Shown: piece by piece, positions 26,452 to 36,841 of the stretch
Layout: each line of letters starts with the position of its first letter
Position numbering within the stretch: the stretch's first letter is position 1
Assembly: GCA_937983305.1 (NCBI GenBank)
Contig: CALKAJ010000030.1
Location: forward strand, 20-64,019
Length of the DNA: 64,000 bases
Source: an uncultured Ignavibacteriota bacterium
GTDB lineage: Bacteria > Bacteroidota > Ignavibacteria > Tepidaquicellales > Tepidaquicellaceae
Direction of reading: 5' to 3'
The notes under the pieces: model-generated
The model's input: only the letters and a program-made list of their open reading frames with translations
The model's database searches: none
Told to the model about the DNA's origin: nothing
Position numbers and translations under genes: made by a program

Positions 26452-27177
26452 ATGAAAAAAAATAGAATCTTAATAGCAATAATAATAGTACTAACAAGTA
26501 TAGCAACAGTATATCCCCAATCCTTAAAAAGTATTTTTAACAAAAACGATCTCGGTTTATTAAAGAGTAAAGTTGAAACCACCTCGTCAATATATTCCCC
26601 AAATTCAACATTTCAACCAAATAATTTAAAACCCAATTATAAAAACAACGAGAAAAATTTAATGTTTGGCTTCGGGCTTGGGTTTGAAATACCTATTTCT
26701 AATATGAAGGATAGATATGGTTTAATGCTGTTTGGAAATATATCAGGTCATAATAAGATTAATAATGACATTTATATCGGTTTTAATATATTTACTTCCC
26801 CGGAGTTTGCGACTTTATTTCCATCTAACACAGCAACAAATGAAACCGGACTTACTTCAATCTGTGCAGACATCCGTTATAAGTTCTTTACGGATAAAAG
26901 AAACACTTCTGCTTACTTTAACTTCGGTATAGGAATTTACCTGACAAAAGATAAATATGAATCAACAGACCCTGTTAACAATTCAAGACTAAGTGTTAGC
27001 CCCGGTGTAAATCTTGGTGTAGGTCTTTTCGGTAATATATCAGATGACATAATACTTGATGTAAACTCTTCATATAATTTATACTATAATTCACACATAA
27101 TGGAATATCCCAAATATAGTTCAAGTAAACTCTTTAACTACGTTTTAATATCAGCATCATTAAAATTTTTTATGTAA
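26452..27177 (+). CDS. small outer-membrane beta-barrel protein
   Basis: ATG at 26452 gives MKKNRILIAIIIVLTSIATVYPQ. Alternating strands and G/N/Y-rich loops. Ends ...ISASLKFFM. Confidence 0.55.
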   Translation: MKKNRILIAIIIVLTSIATVYPQSLKSIFNKNDLGLLKSKVETTSSIYSPNSTFQPNNLKPNYKNNEKNLMFGFGLGFEIPISNMKDRYGLMLFGNISGHNKINNDIYIGFNIFTSPEFATLFPSNTATNETGLTSICADIRYKFFTDKRNTSAYFNFGIGIYLTKDKYESTDPVNNSRLSVSPGVNLGVGLFGNISDDIILDVNSSYNLYYNSHIMEYPKYSSSKLFNYVLISASLKFFM

Positions 27178-27199
27178 ATTTTAATAAATTATCCAATTT

Positions 27200-27775
27200 A
27201 TGAAAAACCTCATAATAACAATAGCAATAATTTTTGGAATAGTCACTTCTGTAAACTCTCAAAGTCTTAATAGAAATGAATCTTTTATTCATAAATTCTC
27301 ATTAGATGTGGGTCTCGGTGCTGAAATTCCAACACAGGATTGGCCTTATTTAAAGAGCAAATCAACCTTACTCGGAAATTTAGGAATTCAGTATCAAATC
27401 AATAAAAACATCTCTGTCAAATTAAACACAGCTTTCGTAGAGAATTCGGGATTTGAAATCTCCTATTCCACAATAGGCGCAAAATATTCTTATTTAAATT
27501 ACGAGAATACCTTACTCCCTTATTTTGGATTGGATATGGGAGCATATTTCTATAAACAATATTATGTGAGTACTTTCGAAATAGAGAATTGGCAGGTTTA
27601 CAAAGACAAAGGAAGAAAAGCATTATTCGGAGGTAGTATCGGAACAGGACTTGACTTAAAAATGTCTAATCATACTACATTCGATATAAATGTAAAACTC
27701 CATTCTTTTGAATTGGCAAAAAGTAATTCAACTTATTTTATAACTGTTTTAACCGCTTTAAGAATAAATTATTAA
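27200..27775 (+). CDS. small outer-membrane beta-barrel protein
   Basis: 191 aa. Signal peptide MKNLIITIAIIFGIVTSVNSQ and beta-strand periodicity. Ends ...LTALRINY. Confidence 0.55.
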   Translation: MKNLIITIAIIFGIVTSVNSQSLNRNESFIHKFSLDVGLGAEIPTQDWPYLKSKSTLLGNLGIQYQINKNISVKLNTAFVENSGFEISYSTIGAKYSYLNYENTLLPYFGLDMGAYFYKQYYVSTFEIENWQVYKDKGRKALFGGSIGTGLDLKMSNHTTFDINVKLHSFELAKSNSTYFITVLTALRINY

Positions 27776-27819
27776 GCTGTCTTAAATTTTACTTTTGAAA
27801 AAAATAGAATCATACAATT

Positions 27820-27855
27820 AAAAGGTCAGAAGTATTTCTTCTGACCTTTTTTATT
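27820..27855 (+). terminator. intrinsic terminator
   Basis: Perfect 13-bp stem AAAAGGTCAGAAG / CTTCTGACCTTTT with a 5-nt loop and a T-tail. Confidence 0.85.
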
Positions 27856-27896
27856 TGCAAGAATAAATTATCTTGTTTGAAATAAAAAAACGTTTT

Positions 27897-28406
27897 ATGT
27901 ACAACATCGAAATAAAAGCTAAATGCAGTAATCCCGCTGAAGTCAGAGAGAAACTTCTGAATGAAAAAGCAGACTTTAAAGGAACGGATTTTCAAACCGA
28001 TACATATTTTATGGTTAAAGAAGGCAGATTAAAACTCAGGCAGGGCAACATTGAGAATTCGCTTATCTACTACAAGCGTGAAAATATTTCCGGCTCTAAG
28101 AAGTCATCTGTCATACTATATAAAACTACTCCCGATTCAACACTAAAAGAAATTCTGGCTCAAACTCTTGGAATACTTGTCGAAGTAAAAAAGAAACGGG
28201 AAATTTATTTTATTGATAACGTAAAATTTCATATTGACGAAGTTGAATCACTCGGCTCTTTTGTCGAGATTGAAGCTATTAACTCGGTTCCAAATAAAGA
28301 AGAGATATACTTCCGCAGTCAGTGCGAAAAATATATCTCTCTTTTAAAAATCAATAGTGATGATTTAATTTCAATTTCCTACAGCGATATGCTGCTGCAA
28401 AAATAA
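27897..28406 (+). CDS. CYTH-domain protein (class IV adenylate cyclase / triphosphatase-like)
   Basis: ATG at 27897 gives MYNIEIKAK..., and later FVEIEA; these match the CyaB/CYTH tunnel-fold signature. About 169 aa. Confidence 0.7.
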   Translation: MYNIEIKAKCSNPAEVREKLLNEKADFKGTDFQTDTYFMVKEGRLKLRQGNIENSLIYYKRENISGSKKSSVILYKTTPDSTLKEILAQTLGILVEVKKKREIYFIDNVKFHIDEVESLGSFVEIEAINSVPNKEEIYFRSQCEKYISLLKINSDDLISISYSDMLLQK

Positions 28407-29411
28407 TTACATCTCAAGTACTGCTCTGTAACGGATTGTGTTACTGCGAACTTTCTCAACTGCTTTGTTTACGTCAGCTGCTTTGAAAAGCTCTGTTTTC
28501 GCTTTTATGCCGTTCCTTGCGGCAAAGTCAAGCATCTCTTTTAATATTGCAATACCGCCAATTACGCTTCCGCCTACTATCTTCTGACCGAGCACAAGAG
28601 CCATCGGAGGAATCTCAATATTTCCGGGGGCGGCTCCGACAAAAATCAGTTTTCCGTTTGGACGCAATACATTCATATAGTCCATCCAGTCTAATGATGC
28701 AGTCACTGTAGATAATATAAAATCAAGCTTGCCCGTCATTTCTTGCATCTGCTTCTTGTCTTTAGAATTTACAAATTTATGAGCTCCGAAACTTTTTGCT
28801 TCTTCCTCTTTATCCGCAGATGTTGAAAATGCAGTTACTTCACAGCCCATTGCTCTCGCAAATTGCAAGGCAAGATGTCCGAGTCCGCCTATACCTATTA
28901 CTCCAACTTTGTGACTTGGTTTTACTTCGTAATTCTTCAAAGGCGAATAGACCGTAATTCCGCCGCAAAGCAGGGGAGCTGCATTTTCAGAATCAAGAGC
29001 TTCGGGAATAGGGAAGGCAAATCTGCTGTCAGTAATAATATGGTCTGCAAATCCCCCAAACTTTCCGACGCAGGTTGCAACTGATTTCGCACAAAGGTTT
29101 TCCTGACTCGTTGTACACCATTCACATTCGTGGCAGGCACCTGATTGCCAGCCGACGCCAACTCTCATTCCGGGTTTTAAATCTGTTACGTCTTTTCCTG
29201 TCTTGGTAACTATTCCTACTATTTCGTGACCGGGAACAAGAGGATATTGAGATATCATCCAATCGTTATCTATAAGATGAATGTCGCTGTGACAAATTCC
29301 ACAGTGTGTTATTTTTATTTCGACTTCCTTTCCTTCAGGTACTTTGGAGTCGTAATTAAATTCTTTTAAATTTTCTTTTGCCTGATATGCCGCATAAGCA
29401 TTTACTTGCAT
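28407..29411 (-). CDS. zinc-dependent NAD(P) alcohol dehydrogenase (cinnamyl-alcohol-DH-like)
   Basis: 334 aa. CGICHSD, GHEIVG, the structural-zinc Cys cluster CHECEWC...C, and GIGGLGH. Confidence 0.9.
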   Translation of the reverse strand: MQVNAYAAYQAKENLKEFNYDSKVPEGKEVEIKITHCGICHSDIHLIDNDWMISQYPLVPGHEIVGIVTKTGKDVTDLKPGMRVGVGWQSGACHECEWCTTSQENLCAKSVATCVGKFGGFADHIITDSRFAFPIPEALDSENAAPLLCGGITVYSPLKNYEVKPSHKVGVIGIGGLGHLALQFARAMGCEVTAFSTSADKEEEAKSFGAHKFVNSKDKKQMQEMTGKLDFILSTVTASLDWMDYMNVLRPNGKLIFVGAAPGNIEIPPMALVLGQKIVGGSVIGGIAILKEMLDFAARNGIKAKTELFKAADVNKAVEKVRSNTIRYRAVLEM

Positions 29412-29544
29412 TTATAAATCTCCTTATATTGTTTGTTTCCATATTAAACAAATTTGGATATAAAAAAGTCCCTCAATAATTTCTTTCTTTAATATCTCGT
29501 AATAATTTAATAAATTAAGAGAAAACTTAAAGAACGGCGAGTTT

Positions 29545-31800
29545 ATGAAAAAAATATTTTACACCTTAATATTATCTTTCTTTTTCTTCACGGGATTGTA
29601 TTCCCAGCAAAGCAGAGTTGAAATTAAAAACTTCTTTTCAGACCGGCTGGGTATTAATAAATCATATTATATCTATCTTCCACTGGGCTATGACTCTACA
29701 ACTCAGCGATATCCTGTAGTTTACTTTTTTCGTGCGAATGAAGCGGAATGGTTTAATGCATCATATCGTTCATACGGGAAAATGCTGAAACACGTTGCAG
29801 ATTCTCTGATAGCCAATAATATTATAGGGAAAATTATTATGGTAGCTCCGAATACGGTCGGAGTTCTGCCAACACCTATATACGCTCCCGGAGTAAATAT
29901 GCTTCGCCCTGATTTAACAACAGACCCGGGAATCGGAACAGGAAAATTCGAAGATTATCTCTTAAAAGATGTTATAAGAAATGTTGATTCTGCATACAGA
30001 ACAATTGCGGATTTTAATCACAGAGCCGCAGACGGATTTTCGCTCGGCGGATATACCTCAACTATGCTCGCACTTCGTAATCCCGGATTTTTTGGCTCGG
30101 TTGGCTCTTACGATGGAACACTGATGTGGTATAATCTTCACGATATTTATGCTCCCGGCTCAGGCTATAACGATGAAACCTGGATGACGGATAACGCCGC
30201 ATACTTCTCCCCGATTTTCAATCTGCCTCGCAATGTTCCGTATATGTTACTGCACGATGCTTCAAATATTCTTTTTGATGCCTCGGGTTCAAAACTTGAC
30301 AGCATTAAAAATATAAGATTTCATATAACAACCGGCGAAGAATATGCTTTAACCAATATTGACAGGAATACTCAGTTTGTAAATTTTATGAAACAGAAAA
30401 ATATATGCAACAGTTTCAGAGAATATATTCTTAAACCTGAATCGGTTCATAACTGGGATTATGCGGATTATCACGCTTCAGTCACGCTTGTAAGGCATTG
30501 GCAGAAATTTAACGGCTCAAGAATATCTGCTCCGCTTAATATTGATTTTGGAAATGTTGAGTTTGGCAGTTCCGATACTGTTCGTTTTCTGATTTTTAAT
30601 TACAGCTCACAGCCGCTTTCGATAAATAACATTAGTCTTGGTTCTTCATCTTTTTCACTTGCCGGAAATCCTGCCCCGCATATTTTGCAGGGAAGATATG
30701 ATACGCTCCCGGTTAAAGTGGTTTTCAAACCCGTTTCAACTTCGTTAACTAATGCCTCAATAACAATTCAAAGCACTGATACTGCAAGTCCTTCAACTGT
30801 AATAAATCTTTCTGGAAAAGGATTTCAGATTAATACTGCAATGCCGGATATACTTTATGCTGTTACGGGAATAGTAGATACTGTCTCACTTATAACCCTA
30901 AACACGACAACAGGTGCCTCAACTCATATTGGTAAATCAGGGTTATCAAAAGCAGGCGGACTTGCAATAAGACCTTCAACAGGGAAATTGTTCACAACAT
31001 TTCCATCGGTTAGTATCACTAATCTTATTAAAATGAATGTTACAAACGGCTCCGCTTTTAAATATTCAAAAATATGGATTTCTAATATGCAGTCAATTGC
31101 TTTTGATTTGAATGATGATTTATACTCGGCAATTGATACTAACGGACTGCTTTTCAAAGTTAATCCTAAAACAGGAGATACAGTAAGAATTGGCTCGACA
31201 GGTATTTCTAATCTTACCGGACTTGCCGTGAATCCTCTTAATTTTCAACTCTGGGGAATATCTAATGCCGGAAATATATACAGAATAAACAAAACCAATG
31301 CTGTATCAACTCTTGTCGGTGCTGCCGGATTTTCAAATTCAAAATCTATTGCATTTAATCTTTCCGGAAAACTCTACGGTGTGAACGGCTCTGCATCACA
31401 AATAAGTAATCTCTACTCCATTGATACTGCAAGCGGTGTCGGAACTTTAATCGGTTCAACAGGAAAACGCGGAATAACCGGAATAGCTTTCCTTGCCTAT
31501 CCCGTTACCGCACTGAAAACTTCCGAAGTAATTCCGGAAATTTATGAGTTAAAGCAAAATTATCCGAATCCGTTTAATTCAATTACAAATGTTCAATTTC
31601 AAATTATATATTCAGGCATTGTTAAAATAAAAGTATATGATTTACTCGGCAGAGAAGTAAAAACCCTCGTCAATGAATACAAACAACCCGGAACATATCA
31701 GGTCAGCTTTAATGCGGAAGGGCTCTCGTCAGGAATTTATTTTTATAAGATGACAGCCGGTGATTTTACTGATGTGAAGAGAATGGTGCTGGTCAAATAA
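29545..31800 (+). CDS. secreted esterase-family (alpha/beta hydrolase) protein with beta-propeller-like repeats and a T9SS sorting domain
   Basis: 751 aa. Signal peptide. YPVVYFFR...DGFSLGG (GxSxG). Repeated ...GLAV/GIAF... propeller-like units. C-terminal YELKQNYPNPFNSITNVQF...VYDLLGREV...SSGIYFYKM...RMVLVK. Confidence 0.8.
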   Translation: MKKIFYTLILSFFFFTGLYSQQSRVEIKNFFSDRLGINKSYYIYLPLGYDSTTQRYPVVYFFRANEAEWFNASYRSYGKMLKHVADSLIANNIIGKIIMVAPNTVGVLPTPIYAPGVNMLRPDLTTDPGIGTGKFEDYLLKDVIRNVDSAYRTIADFNHRAADGFSLGGYTSTMLALRNPGFFGSVGSYDGTLMWYNLHDIYAPGSGYNDETWMTDNAAYFSPIFNLPRNVPYMLLHDASNILFDASGSKLDSIKNIRFHITTGEEYALTNIDRNTQFVNFMKQKNICNSFREYILKPESVHNWDYADYHASVTLVRHWQKFNGSRISAPLNIDFGNVEFGSSDTVRFLIFNYSSQPLSINNISLGSSSFSLAGNPAPHILQGRYDTLPVKVVFKPVSTSLTNASITIQSTDTASPSTVINLSGKGFQINTAMPDILYAVTGIVDTVSLITLNTTTGASTHIGKSGLSKAGGLAIRPSTGKLFTTFPSVSITNLIKMNVTNGSAFKYSKIWISNMQSIAFDLNDDLYSAIDTNGLLFKVNPKTGDTVRIGSTGISNLTGLAVNPLNFQLWGISNAGNIYRINKTNAVSTLVGAAGFSNSKSIAFNLSGKLYGVNGSASQISNLYSIDTASGVGTLIGSTGKRGITGIAFLAYPVTALKTSEVIPEIYELKQNYPNPFNSITNVQFQIIYSGIVKIKVYDLLGREVKTLVNEYKQPGTYQVSFNAEGLSSGIYFYKMTAGDFTDVKRMVLVK

Positions 31801-31876
31801 TTTCAAAGCACATTGAATTGAATTAATAGAAATCTAAAACTATTTTACGTAAATAAATAAAATTAAATCTAATATA

Positions 31877-32986
31877 ATGCGAAAACTAATTTTTAAAATT
31901 ATCCTTGCTTCGGTACTCTTTGTTGGAACTATAAACTTTGTTAACGCTCAGGAACTTGAAGACATTAAACTTCTACCTTACACAAGCGTTAAAGATCAGG
32001 CAATGAGCGGTACATGCTGGTGTTTCTCTGTAATTTCAATGCTTGAATCAGAGTTGATGAAAAAAGGAATTGAATATCCTGACCTTTCGGAAATGTTTGT
32101 AGTAAGAAATATTTATTTCGATAAAGCTCAAAATTATATCCTGAGACAGGGTTTTACCCGTTTTGCGGAAGGAGCGTTTACTCACGATGTTATTCCCGCA
32201 ATTGAAAAGTATGGTATTGTCCCGCAATCGGTTTTTAAAAATTCAGACGGCGGTAAAATTAATCATATGGGATTTGATGCCAAACTTAAAAAATTTCTTG
32301 ACAGCGTTATTGCAAAAACTCCAATATCTCCGGATTGGAAAGTTAATTTTAATAAAATGCTTGATGAAAAATTTGGTGAGTCTCCAAAAACTTTTATTTA
32401 TGAAGGTAAAGAATATACTCCAAAACAATTTGCGGAAGAAGTTTTACAATTCAAGTCCTCGGATTTTATTGGTCTGACGTCATATACACACCATCCTTTT
32501 TATAAACCGTTTAACGTGGAAGTCCCTGATAATTATTCAGGCGGTTTATTCTATAATGTTCCCGTTGATGAGTTAATAGAGATTACTAAAGATGCCGTTT
32601 TAAACGGATACACAGTCGGATGGGATTCAGATGTCTCAAACAATTTTTTCAATCAGAAAGCCGGATTTGCAATGATTCCCGAGGGAAAAAATAACCTTGA
32701 AGGAAAAATAAATCCGGATGATAAAGAAGTTTCCTATACACAGCAATCAAGGCAGGAGCTTTTTGAAATCCTTGAAACTCAGGACGACCACCTTATGCAC
32801 CTTGTCGGGCTGAAAAAATCTGAAGGCGGTAAAACTTTCTTCTATGTAAAAAATTCATGGGGAGAGGTTGGACCTTTCAAAGGATTTATTAATGTATCCG
32901 AAACATATTTTGGCATTAACACTATAACTATCGTTTTACCCGTGAATGCCTTAAAACCGGAAGTAAAAGCAAAACTCGGCATATAG
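31877..32986 (+). CDS. C1-family cysteine peptidase (aminopeptidase C / bleomycin hydrolase-like), secreted
   Basis: 369 aa. Signal peptide. DQAMSGTCWCFS (catalytic Cys), DDHLMHLVG (His) and VKNSWGE (Asn-Ser-Trp). Confidence 0.85.
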   Translation: MRKLIFKIILASVLFVGTINFVNAQELEDIKLLPYTSVKDQAMSGTCWCFSVISMLESELMKKGIEYPDLSEMFVVRNIYFDKAQNYILRQGFTRFAEGAFTHDVIPAIEKYGIVPQSVFKNSDGGKINHMGFDAKLKKFLDSVIAKTPISPDWKVNFNKMLDEKFGESPKTFIYEGKEYTPKQFAEEVLQFKSSDFIGLTSYTHHPFYKPFNVEVPDNYSGGLFYNVPVDELIEITKDAVLNGYTVGWDSDVSNNFFNQKAGFAMIPEGKNNLEGKINPDDKEVSYTQQSRQELFEILETQDDHLMHLVGLKKSEGGKTFFYVKNSWGEVGPFKGFINVSETYFGINTITIVLPVNALKPEVKAKLGI

Positions 32987-33068
32987 TTAATTAACTGAAA
33001 CATCTATAGCTTTGCTTTTGTTATCAATATTAGTTTAATATTTAAAATTTATTAGTATTTAATAATTT

Positions 33069-34025
33069 ATGCTGACAACTATTTTATTTGTTATCGGATT
33101 GGTGATATTAATTAAAGGAGCTGATTTCCTTGTTGAAGGAGCATCTTCTATTGCAAAAAAGTTAAACGTTTCAGGAATTGTTATTGGTTTAACTATCGTA
33201 GCTTTCGGAACATCCACTCCCGAATTGATAGTGAACATCTTTGCTTCGGTTGAGGGAAATACAGATATTGCAATCGGTAATATTCTTGGAAGTAATATTG
33301 CAAATGTACTTTTAATTCTTGGTATCTCATCAATAATTTACCCTATAACTGCTAAACGCAATACTGTCCTTAAAGAAATTCCTTTTAGTCTTTTTGCGGC
33401 TCTGCTTCTCGGGATAATGGCAAACGATTTACTAATTGACGGAAAAGGTTTTTCTGAAATAACAAGGATTGACGGTTTAGTTTTTTTGATGTTCTTTGCG
33501 ATTTTTATTTATTATACTTTTAGTATTACAAAGTCTCAGGATGATATTGCCGAAACAGAAGTGAAATCATACAGTTATTTAAAATCTGTTCTTTATATAT
33601 TATTAGGTCTTGCCGGATTAGTATTAGGCGGGAAATGGATTGTTGATGGAGCAGTTAAATTTGCCGAATCGCTTAATGTCAGTCAGTCTTTGATTGGTTT
33701 GACTGTGGTTGCTATTGGGACATCACTTCCCGAACTTGCAACTTCTGCAGTTGCTGCTTATAAAAAACAAACCGATATAGCCATTGGAAATGTAGTCGGC
33801 TCAAATATTTTTAATATCTTCTTTGTTTTGGGAATAAGTTCAGTTATTAATCCGCTTCCCTTTAAACCCTCGTCTAACATTGATATATTAATGACCATTT
33901 TTGCAAGTTTATTACTTTTTATAACTATGTATATTGGGAAAAAACATATTCTCGAACGCTGGGAAGGAATCATTATGGTCCTGATTTATATTGGATATGT
34001 TGTATTCCTGGTTTTTAATCAGTAA
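33069..34025 (+). CDS. Ca2+/Na+ antiporter (CaCA family, YrbG-like)
   Basis: 318 aa. Two alpha-repeats: GTSTPEL...GNILGSNIAN and GTSLPEL...GNVVGSNIFN. Confidence 0.9.
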   Translation: MLTTILFVIGLVILIKGADFLVEGASSIAKKLNVSGIVIGLTIVAFGTSTPELIVNIFASVEGNTDIAIGNILGSNIANVLLILGISSIIYPITAKRNTVLKEIPFSLFAALLLGIMANDLLIDGKGFSEITRIDGLVFLMFFAIFIYYTFSITKSQDDIAETEVKSYSYLKSVLYILLGLAGLVLGGKWIVDGAVKFAESLNVSQSLIGLTVVAIGTSLPELATSAVAAYKKQTDIAIGNVVGSNIFNIFFVLGISSVINPLPFKPSSNIDILMTIFASLLLFITMYIGKKHILERWEGIIMVLIYIGYVVFLVFNQ

Positions 34026-34030
34026 CGTTA

Positions 34031-36841
34031 CTATTTGTAGCAAATTCCCGAGTATTCGCACCAACTGCAGGTTTTTTCGTTTTCTGTCTGTACAAAAGGG
34101 ATATCTGCATTGCCTATCTCTTCTATAATTTCTTTAAGCATAGTTTTAAATCCTGACATAATTTCATCTGAGATGTAATTATCGGCAATTTCTACAAGTC
34201 CTTTCTTAGCTCCTCTTAAATAGTACATTCCGGCATTTACTTTTTCGTTTGAATCCTTCCCGAACAGGTATGCATACATTAATGCCTGCAATGTGTGTTC
34301 ATTTTCTTTGCCGCCTTTTAGTAATTCAAAAAATATGTCCTTATTCTTTTCGTTGTACTTAATGATTTTAGCATTACCTGTTTTATAATCAATAATCAAA
34401 ACAATTCCGTCTTTTTTCTCTATTCTGTCAACAAATCCTTTAATTCTGACTTCTGTCAGTTTTTTATTTATTGATACCTTGATATTTCTTTCAAATCTTT
34501 TTTCCAGCCCAATTATTTTAAAGGGTGCCTTTTCACTGTCTTTCGTTATGGTTTTAGTGATAAGCTCTTTTAATATCTCTTTGTATATCAGGTTTCGGGG
34601 GAGCAGCTCCTGACTTATACTGTTTTTATTATAAATATGCTTTATTGTTTCCGAGAAAATATTGTCGTAATCAGAAATAAAACTTTCAAGAATTTTCCTG
34701 AAATCATTCTTTTCAATTTCTTTATTCAAATAATCTTTATAAACGTAACTCATAATATAATGATATGCCGAGCCAAAATCTTTGTCGTCCATACTTTCCG
34801 AGATTTCTTTTCTGTCCTCAATACCTGCAATTTTACTGAAATAAAATGCGAGCGGACATCCGATATATTTGCTTAAAGAGGATGCCGAATAGTTTGGAAG
34901 ATTTTCAATTGCGGTTAATATTTCGTCTGACTTATCTATATTCACGGGAATTCTTTTAGTAAATGAAATATCTGGTGACATTAATATTTCCTCAATATTT
35001 ACTGATTTATTTACTTTACATAGTTCATAATTCAATTGATATATGAACCTGCTTTTTCCTTTTGAGCCCGTTTCTGTTTCCGTGTTAAATACAACATAAA
35101 TATTTTTTGCCCGCTGTAATAGTCTGTAAAAATAATATGCGGTGATTGATGCTTCGTCATCTTTAACAGGCATTCCAAAAACTTTTCTTAACGTATAAGG
35201 AATGTAACTGTTTTCAGTTCCTGATGATGGTAAAAATCCCTCATTGGCTGAAAGCAGTATCACATTTTCGAAATCAATTTGTCTTGTCTCAAGCAATCCC
35301 ATTACCTGTAAGCCTTTAAGCGGCTCTCCGGAAAACGGTACTTTCAATCCGTTTAACGCTTTCTCAATCATATTCCATATTGTCTCATTTTTTATCTCTA
35401 TCTTAAATTCTTTCAGAGATTCGGATAAAATATTAATGCTCGTATAAAAATGATATAAAAACTCGTTTTCAAATTTGTCCCGGGTGTTACTCTCTCCTGA
35501 AACTGCAACTATAATTTCCTTTATATATTCGAAAACATTATTACAGTCCGTGAAAATAACTTCAATTATATCGGGCTCTCCGAGTTTTCGGTTCTCAATC
35601 ACGGCAGGATTGAAGTATGCCGTGTTATTGTTCTTCATTTCAGCAATTAAATCATAAATAAATTTCGAATTGCTGTATTTAATATAAGGATGAAGCAAAA
35701 CCTTTTCTATATCCTTATGGTGGAATAAGATTTTTCCTCCTTTATGAATACGATTCTTTTGCAAATCTCTGAGGATTTTAAATAAATTATATACCTGAGA
35801 ATACTTAAAAGGATAGCCCATAGTAACATTAAATTCACCCGCTTCTTCCGGAATTGAATAGAGTACCGGAAGTAAAAGATTCTCGTCCGGTAAAACTATT
35901 GCAGTGTTTGTCTCGTTAAAAAGCCCTTTGCTGATAAGTTCTTTTACGAAAACACCCGATGACTTTGCAACTCCGCTGTTTAAAGCAGTACCGGAAAACG
36001 TGATGTTTTTTTCTCCGTTAATCAGTTTGTCTGAGAAAAATCTTCCGGACTCCTTCTTATCAAATTTTTTCAAATGCTTTCTTATAAAAAAACCTGCTTC
36101 CTGTTTCTTGTCATTCACAAAATATTCATCTGCATCAAAATATATCTCGGCTTTTCCGGCTTCTTTCAATATAGTAAAAATCTCTGATTCGCTTTTTGAA
36201 ATTCCGTTAAATCCCGCAAAAATTATTTTATCGAAATTAATAATTCTTTTTCCTGTCTTCAATTCTTCCGCAAATTTCCTGAAAGCCAGCCCTTCATAAG
36301 AAAATCCGGTTTCAATCAGCTTGTTCTTAAATTCTTTGTAAACAGAGCCCAAAATTTTCCATATTCTTAAAAATTCACCTTTCACTTCATCTTCGCCGTT
36401 CAACACGGATTTCCAGAATCTTATGTATTCAGCAGGTAACTCCTCTTCAAATCTTTCTTCGATTTCTTTTATGTCTTCTATAGCTCTGAATAACCTGTCC
36501 GTATTTACCATAAACTTATCTGCTATATCAAAATCACCAAGCATCATTTCTCCCCATTTATAAAAATCATCAAACTCCTGCTTGTCATACTTTATATAGA
36601 TACCATACAATTCCAATACAAGTTTAATTTCCTCAAGCGGCTTCAAACTTCCACATTCGTAAATAAAATCATTCATTGAATATACATCAGGCGACCAGCT
36701 CGGTTTTCCGATGGTTTTTGCCAGATCACGCTTGAAAAATATACCCGCACGTCTTGATGGAAATACAACGGCAATCTTTTGTAATTTACCGGAATATTCT
36801 TCTGAAACATAATCGGCAAGTTCATTTAAAAAAGTTTTCAT
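34031..36841 (-). CDS. AddB-like PD-(D/E)XK nuclease subunit with a C-terminal Fe-S Cys cluster
   Basis: 936 aa. C-terminal nuclease motif (LIIDYKTGN). Cys pattern GCPLAFYF ... CSWCEYSGIC (C...C-x2-C-x5-C), as in the AddB iron staple. Overlaps the upstream helicase gene by 4 nt. Confidence 0.8.
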   Translation of the reverse strand: MKTFLNELADYVSEEYSGKLQKIAVVFPSRRAGIFFKRDLAKTIGKPSWSPDVYSMNDFIYECGSLKPLEEIKLVLELYGIYIKYDKQEFDDFYKWGEMMLGDFDIADKFMVNTDRLFRAIEDIKEIEERFEEELPAEYIRFWKSVLNGEDEVKGEFLRIWKILGSVYKEFKNKLIETGFSYEGLAFRKFAEELKTGKRIINFDKIIFAGFNGISKSESEIFTILKEAGKAEIYFDADEYFVNDKKQEAGFFIRKHLKKFDKKESGRFFSDKLINGEKNITFSGTALNSGVAKSSGVFVKELISKGLFNETNTAIVLPDENLLLPVLYSIPEEAGEFNVTMGYPFKYSQVYNLFKILRDLQKNRIHKGGKILFHHKDIEKVLLHPYIKYSNSKFIYDLIAEMKNNNTAYFNPAVIENRKLGEPDIIEVIFTDCNNVFEYIKEIIVAVSGESNTRDKFENEFLYHFYTSINILSESLKEFKIEIKNETIWNMIEKALNGLKVPFSGEPLKGLQVMGLLETRQIDFENVILLSANEGFLPSSGTENSYIPYTLRKVFGMPVKDDEASITAYYFYRLLQRAKNIYVVFNTETETGSKGKSRFIYQLNYELCKVNKSVNIEEILMSPDISFTKRIPVNIDKSDEILTAIENLPNYSASSLSKYIGCPLAFYFSKIAGIEDRKEISESMDDKDFGSAYHYIMSYVYKDYLNKEIEKNDFRKILESFISDYDNIFSETIKHIYNKNSISQELLPRNLIYKEILKELITKTITKDSEKAPFKIIGLEKRFERNIKVSINKKLTEVRIKGFVDRIEKKDGIVLIIDYKTGNAKIIKYNEKNKDIFFELLKGGKENEHTLQALMYAYLFGKDSNEKVNAGMYYLRGAKKGLVEIADNYISDEIMSGFKTMLKEIIEEIGNADIPFVQTENEKTCSWCEYSGICYK

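Noticed and set aside
28401-28412. Convergent CYTH and ADH genes whose stop codons abut (TAA at 28404-28406 and TAA complement at 28407-28409) with no spacer or terminator
   Set aside because: The observation is real, but it is most simply explained by genome compaction. I can see no structure or motif that suggests function.
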